32,921 bases of DNA from contig CAZJPB010000003.1 of NCBI GenBank assembly GCA_964547785.1, positions 1 to 32,921 of the forward strand, given 5' to 3'. The notes below the pieces were generated by a model, which saw only the letters and a list, made by a program, of their open reading frames with translations, had not been told where the DNA came from and did not search any database. The translations under genes were made by a program, and so were the position numbers. Below are positions 8,853 to 17,799 of this stretch, piece after piece (positions within the stretch are counted from its first letter, which is position 1; the number at the start of each line of letters is the position of its first letter). Origin of the DNA: an uncultured Pseudomonadota bacterium (lineage in GTDB: Bacteria > Babelota > Babeliae > Babelales > CAIQNR01).

Positions 8853-9724
8853 TGCTCCATTAATCCAGATAAATAATTTTTATAATAACCTTTTGGTAAA
8901 CGCTCAATAATATTTTCTAAAGGTTTTTTTTGTATATATCCCATGCGCCAAGCAATTTCTTCTGGTGATGAAATAACAATTCCTTGCCGATCCTGCAAAA
9001 CTTGCACATAATTCGATGCTGCAAGCAATGCATGTGATGTTCCAACATCAAACCAAACAGTTCCTCTTCGTAATGACGTAAATGATAATTCCTCTTCTGC
9101 AAGATATGCTTTCAAAAGATCTGTAATTTCCAGTTCATTTCTTTCTGATGGAATAAGTTCTTTAGCTTTTTGACAAACTGATGCATCAAAAAAATAAAGC
9201 CCTGTGATCGCTAAATTAGAAAGATGATATTTTGGTTTTTCTTCTATCAAAATAATTTTATTTTTTTCATTAATTACAACTATTCCATAAGCACTTGGAT
9301 TTTCTACATGATAGGTAAAAATATGAGCTTTTTTTGCATGATGTATAGAATCACATAATAATTCAGAAAGGCCATGCGCATGAAAAAAATTATCTCCTAA
9401 AATCATAGCTACAGATTCATTATTAATAAACTTTTCTCCAAGAATAAATGCTTCTGGTAACCCTTTTGGTTGCATTTGCACTTGATACGAAAACTGCATA
9501 CCAAGTGATCTTCCATCACCAAATAATTTTTCTAAAACGGGCAAATCTTTAGGCGTACTTATAAATAAAATATCCTGAATTCCCGCTAACATAAGTACAG
9601 AAAGAGGATAATAAATTGCAGGTTTATCAAAAATAGGCAACAATTGTTTATTTGTTGCAATAGTTAATGGATAAAGTCGCGATCCCGTTCCTCCCGCTAA
9701 TACTATTCCTTTTTTTATTTTCAT
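8849..9724 (-). CDS. rfbA: Glucose-1-phosphate thymidylyltransferase (RmlA)
   Basis: 291 aa. It has GIVLAGGTGSRLYPLT, KQLLPIFDKPAIYYPLSVLMLAGI, and a C-terminal tail typical of RmlA. Confidence 0.93.
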   Translation of the reverse strand: MKIKKGIVLAGGTGSRLYPLTIATNKQLLPIFDKPAIYYPLSVLMLAGIQDILFISTPKDLPVLEKLFGDGRSLGMQFSYQVQMQPKGLPEAFILGEKFINNESVAMILGDNFFHAHGLSELLCDSIHHAKKAHIFTYHVENPSAYGIVVINEKNKIILIEEKPKYHLSNLAITGLYFFDASVCQKAKELIPSERNELEITDLLKAYLAEEELSFTSLRRGTVWFDVGTSHALLAASNYVQVLQDRQGIVISSPEEIAWRMGYIQKKPLENIIERLPKGYYKNYLSGLMEQ

Positions 9725-9727
9725 GAT

Positions 9728-10762
9728 TTATCCAATTCCTATTCTTTTTCGCGCATTAACGCTCGGAACAAGATTATACGATTTTTTACAATATGATTCG
9801 ATAGTTTTTCTTAACCCTTCTTGAAAATCAATTAAAGACTTCCAACCAGTATGAGCAGTAATTTTTGAACTATTACTCGCATACCTAAAATCATGTCCAG
9901 GACGATCAGTCACAAACGCAATTTGGTCAACATAAGATTTTTTAGCAGGTAAAGGTTGTAATGTATCAAGCATTTTACAAATTACTTTTACTAAAACAAG
10001 ATTAGTTATTTCATTATTAGCTCCAATACAATAAGATTCGCCTATTTTTCCTGATTGCAAAAGTGCATATAATGCACGACAAGTATCTTCAACATAAAGC
10101 CAATCCCTTATTTGTTGACCATTTCCATACAAAGGAAGAGAAAGGCCCTCTAAAGCATTTAAAATAATAAGAGGAATTAGTTTTTCTGGATATTGATTTG
10201 GTCCATAATTATTTGACGGATGCGCAATAATTGTTGGCAATTTATGCGTTTTATTATAAGCCCTTATAAAATGATCTGCACTAGCTTTTGAAGCTGCGTA
10301 AGGAGAATTAGGAAGATACGGTAATTCTTCGTGAAACAATCCAGTTGATCCTAAAGATCCAAAAACTTCATCTGTTGAAAGATGTATAAATTTAAAATAA
10401 TCTTTATTTTTCATACTTTTATAATATAACAATGCTGCTTGGGCTAAAGAATAAGTACCATAAACATTAGTTTTTATAAATTCATCTGCACAATCTATTG
10501 ATCGATCAACATGAGATTCTGCAGCCATATGAACAATACTATCAGGTTGATGCCTAAACATAAGCATCGTCATCATATCTACGTTACAAACATCTTCTTT
10601 ATAAAATATATAATTTTTATCTTTAACATAATCAGATAAATTTTCTATATTTCCTGCATACGTTAATTTATCAATATTGATAACAAAATGACCTTGATCA
10701 AGTAAAAATTTAATAAAATGAGACCCTATAAATCCTGCCCCGCCAGTAACAAAAATTTTCAT
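9728..10762 (-). CDS. rfbB: dTDP-glucose 4,6-dehydratase (RmlB)
   Basis: 344 aa. It has IFVTGGAGFIGSHF, HMAAESHVDRS, STDEVFG and YAASKASADH (YxxxK), and lies next to rmlA and rmlC. Confidence 0.93.
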   Translation of the reverse strand: MKIFVTGGAGFIGSHFIKFLLDQGHFVINIDKLTYAGNIENLSDYVKDKNYIFYKEDVCNVDMMTMLMFRHQPDSIVHMAAESHVDRSIDCADEFIKTNVYGTYSLAQAALLYYKSMKNKDYFKFIHLSTDEVFGSLGSTGLFHEELPYLPNSPYAASKASADHFIRAYNKTHKLPTIIAHPSNNYGPNQYPEKLIPLIILNALEGLSLPLYGNGQQIRDWLYVEDTCRALYALLQSGKIGESYCIGANNEITNLVLVKVICKMLDTLQPLPAKKSYVDQIAFVTDRPGHDFRYASNSSKITAHTGWKSLIDFQEGLRKTIESYCKKSYNLVPSVNARKRIGIG

Positions 10763-10778
10763 ACGATCCTTTTTATTT

Positions 10779-11702
10779 TTAAGTATGACGTAATATTTTT
10801 ATTGTATCATCGATACCTTGCTGTAAAGATCCTGAAAATGCAAATTTTGTTTTTTTAAATTTTTCTGAAGAAATTTCATACGACAATTGATTCATAATTA
10901 CATGATTAACATACTCTATAGTCATTGAATCAATATGTTTTTCTATAGCTGACAAAACTTCTTTAACTGTATGATTTTCTGTAACTATATTATAAATTTC
11001 ACCGTCATAAAGAGATTTTTTTATTACCCAAATAAATGCTTGAATAGCATCATCCAAAAAAAGATAAGGCCGACATTGATGCAAAGCAGTTTCCCAAACA
11101 GTAATTGGTTGCTTCATTACTGCTTGCCAACAAAACTTATTTACTGCCGTATGAAAACGCATTCCTTGAGAAATACCATAAATAGTGCCTAATCTAAAAA
11201 TCACAACTTTTAGTTTTTCTTCTCTATGCATTTTTTGTAAATATGCTTCTTCTTGTAATTTGCATGATGCGTAAGGGCTTTGCGGTTTTAATTCTAAACA
11301 AGCTTCATCAACTACTGTATCTTGTGATCCATACACACTTGTTGATGAAGGAAAAATTAAAGACACATTACTTTTAAGACATGCTTGTGCAATAATTTTT
11401 GTAGATTCAAAATTATTATGAAATAAAAAATCTGACTTACCTACTGTTCCTGCTGCATCAGTTGTTCCTGATAAATGTATAACTACATCAATATTTTTTA
11501 AAATTTCTTGCCAAAAAATTTTTTGTACATCATTTTCAATAAATTCATAGGTTGCTTGTGAAGGTAGATTAAAAAGACTTGAATAACGCTGTGTTGACAA
11601 ATTATCAATCATAACAATATGAGGATTATCAAAAAATAAAGGTAATTTTCGAATCAAAGAAGATCCAATATGACCTAAAGCTCCTGTTATTACACACTTC
11701 AT
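10779..11702 (-). CDS. Extended-SDR NAD-dependent epimerase/4-ketoreductase (specificity unknown; not a canonical RmlD)
   Basis: 307 aa. It has VITGALGHIGSSL, PSSTSVYG and PYASCKLQEE (YxxxK). It lacks the RmlD STDYVF motif. Confidence 0.75.
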   Translation of the reverse strand: MKCVITGALGHIGSSLIRKLPLFFDNPHIVMIDNLSTQRYSSLFNLPSQATYEFIENDVQKIFWQEILKNIDVVIHLSGTTDAAGTVGKSDFLFHNNFESTKIIAQACLKSNVSLIFPSSTSVYGSQDTVVDEACLELKPQSPYASCKLQEEAYLQKMHREEKLKVVIFRLGTIYGISQGMRFHTAVNKFCWQAVMKQPITVWETALHQCRPYLFLDDAIQAFIWVIKKSLYDGEIYNIVTENHTVKEVLSAIEKHIDSMTIEYVNHVIMNQLSYEISSEKFKKTKFAFSGSLQQGIDDTIKILRHT

Positions 11703-12142
11703 AAAACATTCCTAAATTTCAAAAAATCTTGATAATCACGAATATAATCATTTGCATCATAAAATTGATCTGTCAAAATCATCAATGTTGCATTTGCTAT
11801 ATATTCTTGCTCTGCCCATAAAGTAGCTGGTACCAACAATCCTTGTGATGGGCTATTAAGAATAAAAGTTTTTTTTTGCATACCATCATCACACGTCACT
11901 TTAATTATTCCTTGCAAAGCTATCATTAATTGATTACATATTTTATGAGCATGAAATCCTCTAAAACAATCTTCTGTTGCTTGAATCGTAAAAACACGTT
12001 TAATTAAAAAAGGAACAGTATTTTGAGAAGAAAAAATAGAAAGCAATGCTTCTTCTGTTAAAAATTGTTGAAAATTAATAATTTTTATTTGTTCAAGATT
12101 GCAATATTGTATTTTGTTGGGCTTGAAAAAAAATAAATTCAT
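11699..12142 (-). CDS. WxcM-like sugar 3,4-ketoisomerase (FdtA/QdtA family cupin)
   Basis: 147 aa. It has PFLIKRVFTIQ...RGFHAHK...QLMIALQGIIKV...GLLVPATLWAEQ...YDANDYIRDYQDF, the pattern of dTDP-4-keto-6-deoxyglucose 3,4-isomerases. The annotated ATG overlaps the upstream aminotransferase by 50 nt, so the true start may be internal. Confidence 0.8.
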   Translation of the reverse strand: MNLFFFKPNKIQYCNLEQIKIINFQQFLTEEALLSIFSSQNTVPFLIKRVFTIQATEDCFRGFHAHKICNQLMIALQGIIKVTCDDGMQKKTFILNSPSQGLLVPATLWAEQEYIANATLMILTDQFYDANDYIRDYQDFLKFRNVL

Positions 12143-13268
12143 TATTTTTTTTTCCTTTTAAAATGCTTTTTATTGCTTCAGAAATATTTATAATTTGCTC
12201 TTCATTTAACACTAAAGCACAAGGTAAATTAATTGCTCTTTCAGAAATATCATAAGCTATAGGACTATTTTTTCTACCTTGTTCTAAATTTGCTCCAAAA
12301 GCTGGCAATAATGATAATGGATAAAAAAAAGGTCGAGCCGGTAGATTTTTTTTAATTAATTCACTCATCATATATTCTTTAGTCATCTTATGAGATTTTC
12401 CAAATACTAATGCCGTACACCATACACCATTATAAACATTAATTGGTTCAGGATTAAAAAAAACATCAGGAATATCAGTAAATTGTTCTATAAATTTTTT
12501 CCAAATCCAACGTTTTTTTTCAACAAGTTCTTCTATCCTTAAAAATTGTGCATAACCTAATGCTGCTAAAAGATTTGATGGCATATATTTAAAAGTAATT
12601 TCAGTATTAAAATAACTACCTGGCATACGTCCATGATCCCTTAAAAATTTACATCGTTCATAAAGCATAACATCATCTAATAAGAGCATCCCTCCTTCAC
12701 CGGTAGTTATTGTCTTTGTACGATGAAAACTAAAAACAGAACCTACGCCAAATGAACCAGCTCGTTTTTCGTTATATTTTGATCCTAATGATTCTGCAGC
12801 ATCTTCTATTAAGTATATTCCATGCCTATCACAAATTTCTTGCAATAAATCCATATTTGGCATATTTCCATATAGATCAACAACAATAACAGCTTTAGTG
12901 CGAGCAGTAATTTTACTTTCTAATTTTTCAATATTAATACACCAATTTATTGGATCAATATCAACAAAAATTGTTTCTGCTCTTTGATATGTTATAGGAG
13001 CTGCAGTTGCTATCCAAGTACATTCAGGAACAATAACTTGATCTCCATCTTTTATGTCAAGTCCTGCAAGTAATAAATGCAATGCTGTTGTACAATTTGG
13101 CGTCATTAATGCAAAAGATCTACCATGATATTTAGCAAATTCATGCTCAAATGTTTCAACATAAGTATAAGCATTTTTTCCATACCAACCATTACGCAAT
13201 GCATCAAAAACTATTTTTTCCTCAAATTCAGTTATCCATGGACCCGCCATATATATTTCATCGTTCAT
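12093..13268 (-). CDS. DegT-family PLP sugar aminotransferase (perosamine-synthase/VioA-like motif class)
   Basis: 391 aa. It has GWYGKNAYTYVETFEHEFAKY, TTALHLLLAGL, IEDAAESLGS and the PLP lysine in SFHRTKTITTGEGGMLLLDD. Confidence 0.85.
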   Translation of the reverse strand: MNDEIYMAGPWITEFEEKIVFDALRNGWYGKNAYTYVETFEHEFAKYHGRSFALMTPNCTTALHLLLAGLDIKDGDQVIVPECTWIATAAPITYQRAETIFVDIDPINWCINIEKLESKITARTKAVIVVDLYGNMPNMDLLQEICDRHGIYLIEDAAESLGSKYNEKRAGSFGVGSVFSFHRTKTITTGEGGMLLLDDVMLYERCKFLRDHGRMPGSYFNTEITFKYMPSNLLAALGYAQFLRIEELVEKKRWIWKKFIEQFTDIPDVFFNPEPINVYNGVWCTALVFGKSHKMTKEYMMSELIKKNLPARPFFYPLSLLPAFGANLEQGRKNSPIAYDISERAINLPCALVLNEEQIINISEAIKSILKGKKNNEFIFFQAQQNTILQS

Positions 13269-13948
13269 TATACACCTTCCATAAATTGATTATTTTTTAA
13301 AAATTTTGCAGGTGCTCCAATATATACTTGTCCATCAGGAATATTTTTAGTTACAACAGATCCTGCTCCTATAATAGAATTAGATCCTATAGATATTCTT
13401 GGTAAAATTATTGCTCCTGCACCAATCCAAGTGTTTTTTTTAATTGTTACTCTTCCACATAAAATAGCTCCAGGAGCGATTTCTATTCCTTGTTCTAAAA
13501 AATCATGGTGCTCTATAAGACTTTTTGTATTCAAAATACATTGATCACCTATTCTTGCCAGCGAATTAAGAATAACTCCCTTCATAATTTGCACACCATC
13601 ACCAATTATTACATTTGCATCAATCAAAGCTGATGGATCACAAAAAGTAATTGGCGATAATCCTTTTGCCATAAGATAGCTATGTATTTGACATCTTATA
13701 AAACCATAAGGATTACCTATTGCTATGACAAATCCTATGTTTGAAGGATTTTTCCCTATAAGCCATTTTTCAAATGCAACTCTTCCTGCAAGAATTTCAA
13801 TATCAGGAAAAGGCGATTTTAAATTTGGAGTATCATCTACAATAATATTAAAATCCGCACCAAGACTTTGAATAATAGGACGAATTACTATAGACTGATC
13901 TCCTCCACCCCAACATATTAATTCTTTTTTAAAATTATTCAGTTTCAT
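13268..13948 (-). CDS. Left-handed beta-helix (hexapeptide) sugar N-acetyltransferase, NeuD/PglD/PerB-like
   Basis: 226 aa. The N-terminal Rossmann-like domain reads LICWGGGDQSIVIRPIIQSLG. The C-terminal hexapeptide repeats read IEIAPGAILCGRVTIKKNTWIGAGAIILPRISIGSNSIIGAGSVVTKNIPDGQVYIGAPAK. Confidence 0.85.
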   Translation of the reverse strand: MKLNNFKKELICWGGGDQSIVIRPIIQSLGADFNIIVDDTPNLKSPFPDIEILAGRVAFEKWLIGKNPSNIGFVIAIGNPYGFIRCQIHSYLMAKGLSPITFCDPSALIDANVIIGDGVQIMKGVILNSLARIGDQCILNTKSLIEHHDFLEQGIEIAPGAILCGRVTIKKNTWIGAGAIILPRISIGSNSIIGAGSVVTKNIPDGQVYIGAPAKFLKNNQFMEGV

Positions 13949-14679
13949 ATTCTCTTTAAATAACCATTGCGCGTAAAAGAATTAATTGCTTTTTTGTTAT
14001 ATTCATTATCTCTAGAAAAACAAAATCCTTCAGGAGATTGTAAAAAAATATCTACAGCAGTACGTGGATTATTACCATGAGACCATTTTCTAGGCCTATG
14101 CAGCTGTTCTGGAATTTCTTCGATAACAGTATCCGAAATAATAAGATAATTACCTAGTGCAACCAAATTATTATACATATTTAATTCATTAAATACATGC
14201 TCATGAGTATGATTACTATCAAGAATAACCATAATTTTATCAGTAGAAATAATATTTTTTTTAATCTGTTGATACATTAAAAAATCAGTAGAAGAACCTT
14301 CTAAAAGTTCAATTCTATGAGAAAAATGATATTTCATAATTTCATTAATATTTTTTTCAGGTAGCACGGTGTCTATACCTATTACCTTTCCTTTTCCTAA
14401 TAACTCTAAAATTCCTGCGTATAAAATAATACTTCCTCCCCATGCAATTCCTGTTTCTATAATAATATCTGGCTTAGTTTCCCAAATAATCTCTTGAATA
14501 ATAATCATATCTTCAGGCATTTGAATTATTGGTAATCCTAACCAAGTCCAATTATATGCATAATTATGCTCATCAGATTTTGTTATAAATTCTAAAGCTG
14601 TTTTATGCAGTGATTCATCTTTAAAAGCTTTTTCAATATTAATTTGTTTTTGTTTGTTAAATTGTTCCCTATCAAACAT
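13945..14679 (-). CDS. CmcI-family (cephalosporin-hydroxylase-like) SAM-dependent methyltransferase
   Basis: 244 aa. It has WLGLPIIQMPEDMIIIQEIIWETKPDIIIETGIAWGGSIILYA...GKVIGIDT, which I recognise as typical of the CmcI/rhamnosyl O-methyltransferase family. Confidence 0.75.
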   Translation of the reverse strand: MFDREQFNKQKQINIEKAFKDESLHKTALEFITKSDEHNYAYNWTWLGLPIIQMPEDMIIIQEIIWETKPDIIIETGIAWGGSIILYAGILELLGKGKVIGIDTVLPEKNINEIMKYHFSHRIELLEGSSTDFLMYQQIKKNIISTDKIMVILDSNHTHEHVFNELNMYNNLVALGNYLIISDTVIEEIPEQLHRPRKWSHGNNPRTAVDIFLQSPEGFCFSRDNEYNKKAINSFTRNGYLKRI

Positions 14680-14697
14680 TTAATTCTCTTTTTTTTT
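14659..14697 (-). repeat. Copy B of a 37-nt direct repeat spanning a stop/RBS/start junction
   Basis: The minus-strand sequence is AAAAAAAGAGAATTAAATGTTTGATAGGGAACAATTT, with the ATG at 14679-14677. It is 32/37 identical to copy A. Confidence 0.7.
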
Positions 14698-15492
14698 AAA
14701 AATTATATTTATTGATTTTTTTATTTTATGACTTATTGGCAGTAAATCATTCGGCAACTCATTATTAATAAAATATATAGAATCAAAATTAGAAAAATAA
14801 ATAGGCTCAAACCCTAATTCATTTAAAAAATCCATAAATATTATTTTATTGATCATATGCACAGAAATTTTTTTACCATAAAACAATTGATGAGTTACAA
14901 ATGATGGAATATCTCCAATTAACAAATCTCCAAAAATTAAATATTTTGAATTTGTTTTTTTAACTAAAATTTTTAATAAATTTTTCCAATCTTCAATATA
15001 TTGTAAAACACCACCCATAAATAAAATATCAAAATTTTTTGATACCACTGAAAAATCATCATAAAAAGAAAGATTAAAAAAATATTGCAATTCTTCTGGA
15101 ACAGATTTTACCACATTTTTTTCTTCGATTATAGAATAAAAAATATTATTATATTTTGGTATTTTATTTATTAAATCAAGATATTGCAAACCCATTCCTC
15201 CACCAAAATCCAATATCGAAACTTCATTTTTTTCGCTTAAAATTAATGCTGCCATTACATCTAATGGATATTTTGGAGTTACTACAATATTTTCTTTGCT
15301 TGGTTCTTGCATATTTTTTAAAAAATCTAAAACCTTAACTTGTTGTTTAGTAATCCAAATATTTTCATTAAAAACATTTTTATCACCATTTGCTTCTTGA
15401 AAATCTTTAAAAACACCTTTCCACAATCCTTTTGCTTCTTTAATATAATCAACAAAGCTTTGTTTTTGATAAAATTGTTCTTTGTCAAACAT
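14680..15492 (-). CDS. Class I SAM-dependent methyltransferase (O-antigen-locus type, LIC12133-like)
   Basis: 270 aa and very AT-rich. Motif I is [15 protein letters not shown], with a later [15 protein letters not shown]. The N-terminus MFDKEQF duplicates that of the next gene (see repeat features). Confidence 0.65.
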   Translation of the reverse strand: MFDKEQFYQKQSFVDYIKEAKGLWKGVFKDFQEANGDKNVFNENIWITKQQVKVLDFLKNMQEPSKENIVVTPKYPLDVMAALILSEKNEVSILDFGGGMGLQYLDLINKIPKYNNIFYSIIEEKNVVKSVPEELQYFFNLSFYDDFSVVSKNFDILFMGGVLQYIEDWKNLLKILVKKTNSKYLIFGDLLIGDIPSFVTHQLFYGKKISVHMINKIIFMDFLNELGFEPIYFSNFDSIYFINNELPNDLLPISHKIKKSINIIFKKKEN

Positions 15493-15508
15493 GTAATTCT
15501 CCTTTTTT
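15472..15508 (-). repeat. Copy A of a 37-nt direct repeat spanning a stop/RBS/start junction
   Basis: The minus-strand sequence is AAAAAAGGAGAATTACATGTTTGACAAAGAACAATTT, with the ATG at 15492-15490. Both downstream ORFs therefore start MFD(K/R)EQF. Confidence 0.7.
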
Positions 15509-16615
15509 ATATTCTTTTAATAATTCTGGATACAAAGGTAATGTTAAAATTTTTTTTACGATGGCTTCTGTAACAGGAAGGCCTTTTTTTGGAATTTTTA
15601 TGCTTGAAATATATCCTGGATGCATATGAACTGGATATTGATAATGTATACCTGCCTCTACACCATAATCAGCTAATTCTTTTTTTAAATTAACACGATC
15701 TTGAGCTAAAATAACATATAAATGAAAAACATGTTCACTTTCAAAGCGAACCAATGGATGCAATATAGTATTTGATAAAAAATGCTCTTTATAAAATTGA
15801 GCAATAGTTTTTCGTTGTGCATTATCTCTATCTAAATAAGGTAATTTAATTCTTAGTAAAGCAGCTTGTAATTCATCAAGTCGTGAAACAACACCAATTT
15901 CTTGACCTATACGATTTTTATCCCAGCCATATTGACGAATACGCACTAATCGCTCTTTTAATAATAAATCATTTGTTATTATACCTCCTGCATCACCAAT
16001 CGCTCCAAGATTTTTTGTTGGATAAAAACTAAAACAACCTGCATCTCCAAATGTTCCAACTTTTTTTCCTTTATAAAGCGCTCCATGAGCTTGAGCGCAA
16101 TCTTCTATAACTTTAAGATTATAATGCTGTGCTATTTTTAAAATAGGATCCATATCACATGGCTGACCATATAAATGAACTGGTATAATAGCTTTAGTTT
16201 TTTTAGTAATAGCCTCTTCTATTTTGTATGGATCGATAGTAAAATATTCAGGTTCAATATCAACTAAAACAGGTGTTGCTCCTGCTATAATAATAGCCAC
16301 TGCAGTTGCTAATGCTGTATGCGAAACTGTTATAACTTCATCATCTTTTCCTATTCCATAAGATTTTAATGCCAGAGCAAGCGCATCTGTGCCACTACCA
16401 ACACCAATGCAATAAGCACTTTTATGATACTCAGCAAACTCTTTTTCAAATGCTTCAACTTCAGGTCCTAAAATATACGGACCTTGTGTGCATACACGTT
16501 CAAAAGCTTCTAAAATTTCTTTTTTATATGTTTCAAATTGAGCCTGAGGAAAGCTACTGTATAATGTTTTTAGATCATATTGAGAATTTTTACTTCTGGT
16601 ACGAAAGTAATCCAT
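15485..16615 (-). CDS. DegT-family PLP sugar aminotransferase (antibiotic-sugar/QdtB-type motif class)
   Basis: 376 aa. It has [40 protein letters not shown] and the PLP lysine in [23 protein letters not shown]. Confidence 0.88.
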   Translation of the reverse strand: MDYFRTRSKNSQYDLKTLYSSFPQAQFETYKKEILEAFERVCTQGPYILGPEVEAFEKEFAEYHKSAYCIGVGSGTDALALALKSYGIGKDDEVITVSHTALATAVAIIIAGATPVLVDIEPEYFTIDPYKIEEAITKKTKAIIPVHLYGQPCDMDPILKIAQHYNLKVIEDCAQAHGALYKGKKVGTFGDAGCFSFYPTKNLGAIGDAGGIITNDLLLKERLVRIRQYGWDKNRIGQEIGVVSRLDELQAALLRIKLPYLDRDNAQRKTIAQFYKEHFLSNTILHPLVRFESEHVFHLYVILAQDRVNLKKELADYGVEAGIHYQYPVHMHPGYISSIKIPKKGLPVTEAIVKKILTLPLYPELLKEYKKGELHV

Positions 16616-17799
16616 TTTCCTCCTTTTTTAATAAATTCTTCCTCTTTTTCAAAAATTTCCTGCGCATGATTCCATGCAAATAAAATTGCATAATCAGGCA
16701 TATCATCTTTAAAATTTTGATAAGTTTTAATTGGAATATGAACTCCTGGACTAAATTTCCCTTGTTTAATTGGCGTTGTATCACTGATGTACTCAATACA
16801 ATCAGATCCTATATTGCAATAATTTAAAACAGTTGTGCTTTTTGATGTTGCAGCATATCCAACAATTCTTTTATTTTGTTTTTTTAAAGTATGAAGTAAG
16901 GCAATAAATTCAGTTTTATTTTTTTCACAAGCATTTTTAAATGCATAAAATGTTTCTAATACATCTAAACCTAATTTTTTTTCTTTTAAAAGTTGTTCAC
17001 TGACAGATTTATTAATTATATGTTGATTTTCAAACCCTAAATAATATCTCATAGAGCCACCATGCGTTACTTGAGGTTCTACATGAAACACTTGTAATCC
17101 ATAAGGTTTAAAAATGTTTATTACAGAAAGAAGACTAAAAATATAAACATGTTCATCATAAATTTGATCGTACGATGTTTTTTGAATCATATCTCCTAAA
17201 TAAGGCTCCTCAAAAACAAAAACTCCTGTTTTTTTAAGAAGATGTATTACGCCTTTTGCTACACTAGCAAGATCAGAAATATGACACATAACATTAGCAG
17301 CAGAAATAATATCAGCCTTGCCATATTGTTTTTCTATTGCTATCGCTAATTCTTCTTGAAAAAAATCAGTTATCGTGTTGATTCCTTTATTGCGCGCAAC
17401 TTGAGCAACATTATCTGATGGCTCAATGCCAAGATGTTTTATATTTTTTTGTGCAAAATGTTGCAACATAATTCCATCATTACTACCTAATTCAACTACA
17501 AAAGATTGTTCTTTATTCAATAAAAATTGATTAAAATAATGATGAGCCATTTGTTCAAAATGTAGAGACATTTTTTTTGAAGAACTAGAAAAAAATGCAT
17601 AATTTTCATGAAACATTAGCTCAGGTTTTGGCTGATCAGCAAGTTGAAATGTTTTACAAAAATCACAAAATAAAGCCATTAAATTAAAAAAATACTCTTT
17701 TTCAAAATTTTGCTTTTCTAAAAAATTATTAGCTATTGGCATCTTACCGAATGATATAATTTCAGTTGCTCGATAATTACATATTCTACAGTTTTTCAT
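16570..17799 (-). CDS. NDP-hexose C-methyltransferase (TylC3/EryBIII/NovU-type: N-terminal Zn-ribbon, class I methyltransferase domain, C-methyltransferase C-terminal domain)
   Basis: 409 aa. It has the N-terminal [23 protein letters not shown]...FCDFC four-Cys zinc ribbon. SAM motif [12 protein letters not shown] follows. A long C-terminal Rossmann-like domain ([17 protein letters not shown]...FAWNHAQEI) completes the pattern. This three-part layout is diagnostic of sugar C3/C5 methyltransferases. Confidence 0.8.
   Translation of the reverse strand: MKNCRICNYRATEIISFGKMPIANNFLEKQNFEKEYFFNLMALFCDFCKTFQLADQPKPELMFHENYAFFSSSSKKMSLHFEQMAHHYFNQFLLNKEQSFVVELGSNDGIMLQHFAQKNIKHLGIEPSDNVAQVARNKGINTITDFFQEELAIAIEKQYGKADIISAANVMCHISDLASVAKGVIHLLKKTGVFVFEEPYLGDMIQKTSYDQIYDEHVYIFSLLSVINIFKPYGLQVFHVEPQVTHGGSMRYYLGFENQHIINKSVSEQLLKEKKLGLDVLETFYAFKNACEKNKTEFIALLHTLKKQNKRIVGYAATSKSTTVLNYCNIGSDCIEYISDTTPIKQGKFSPGVHIPIKTYQNFKDDMPDYAILFAWNHAQEIFEKEEEFIKKGGKWITFVPEVKILNMI

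Noticed and set aside
12093-12142. Long gene overlaps as signs of frameshifts or pseudogenes: 50 nt at 12093-12142, 46 nt at 16570-16615, 32 nt at 4146-4177, 14 nt at 17786-17799.
   Set aside because: Each partner ORF is full length for its family, with N- and C-terminal motifs present. The overlaps are more simply explained by the track using the most upstream ATG, so the true starts may be internal or non-ATG.
12145-12153. Homopolymer tracts inside glycan genes as phase-variation switches. Tracts seen: T9 12145-12153, A9 1732-1740, A9 5950-5958, T9 14689-14697, and several A8/T8.
   Set aside because: A/T runs of 8-9 nt are expected by composition in DNA this AT-rich. All the affected ORFs are intact, and no tract is unusually long. 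There is no evidence for slipped-strand switching without population data.
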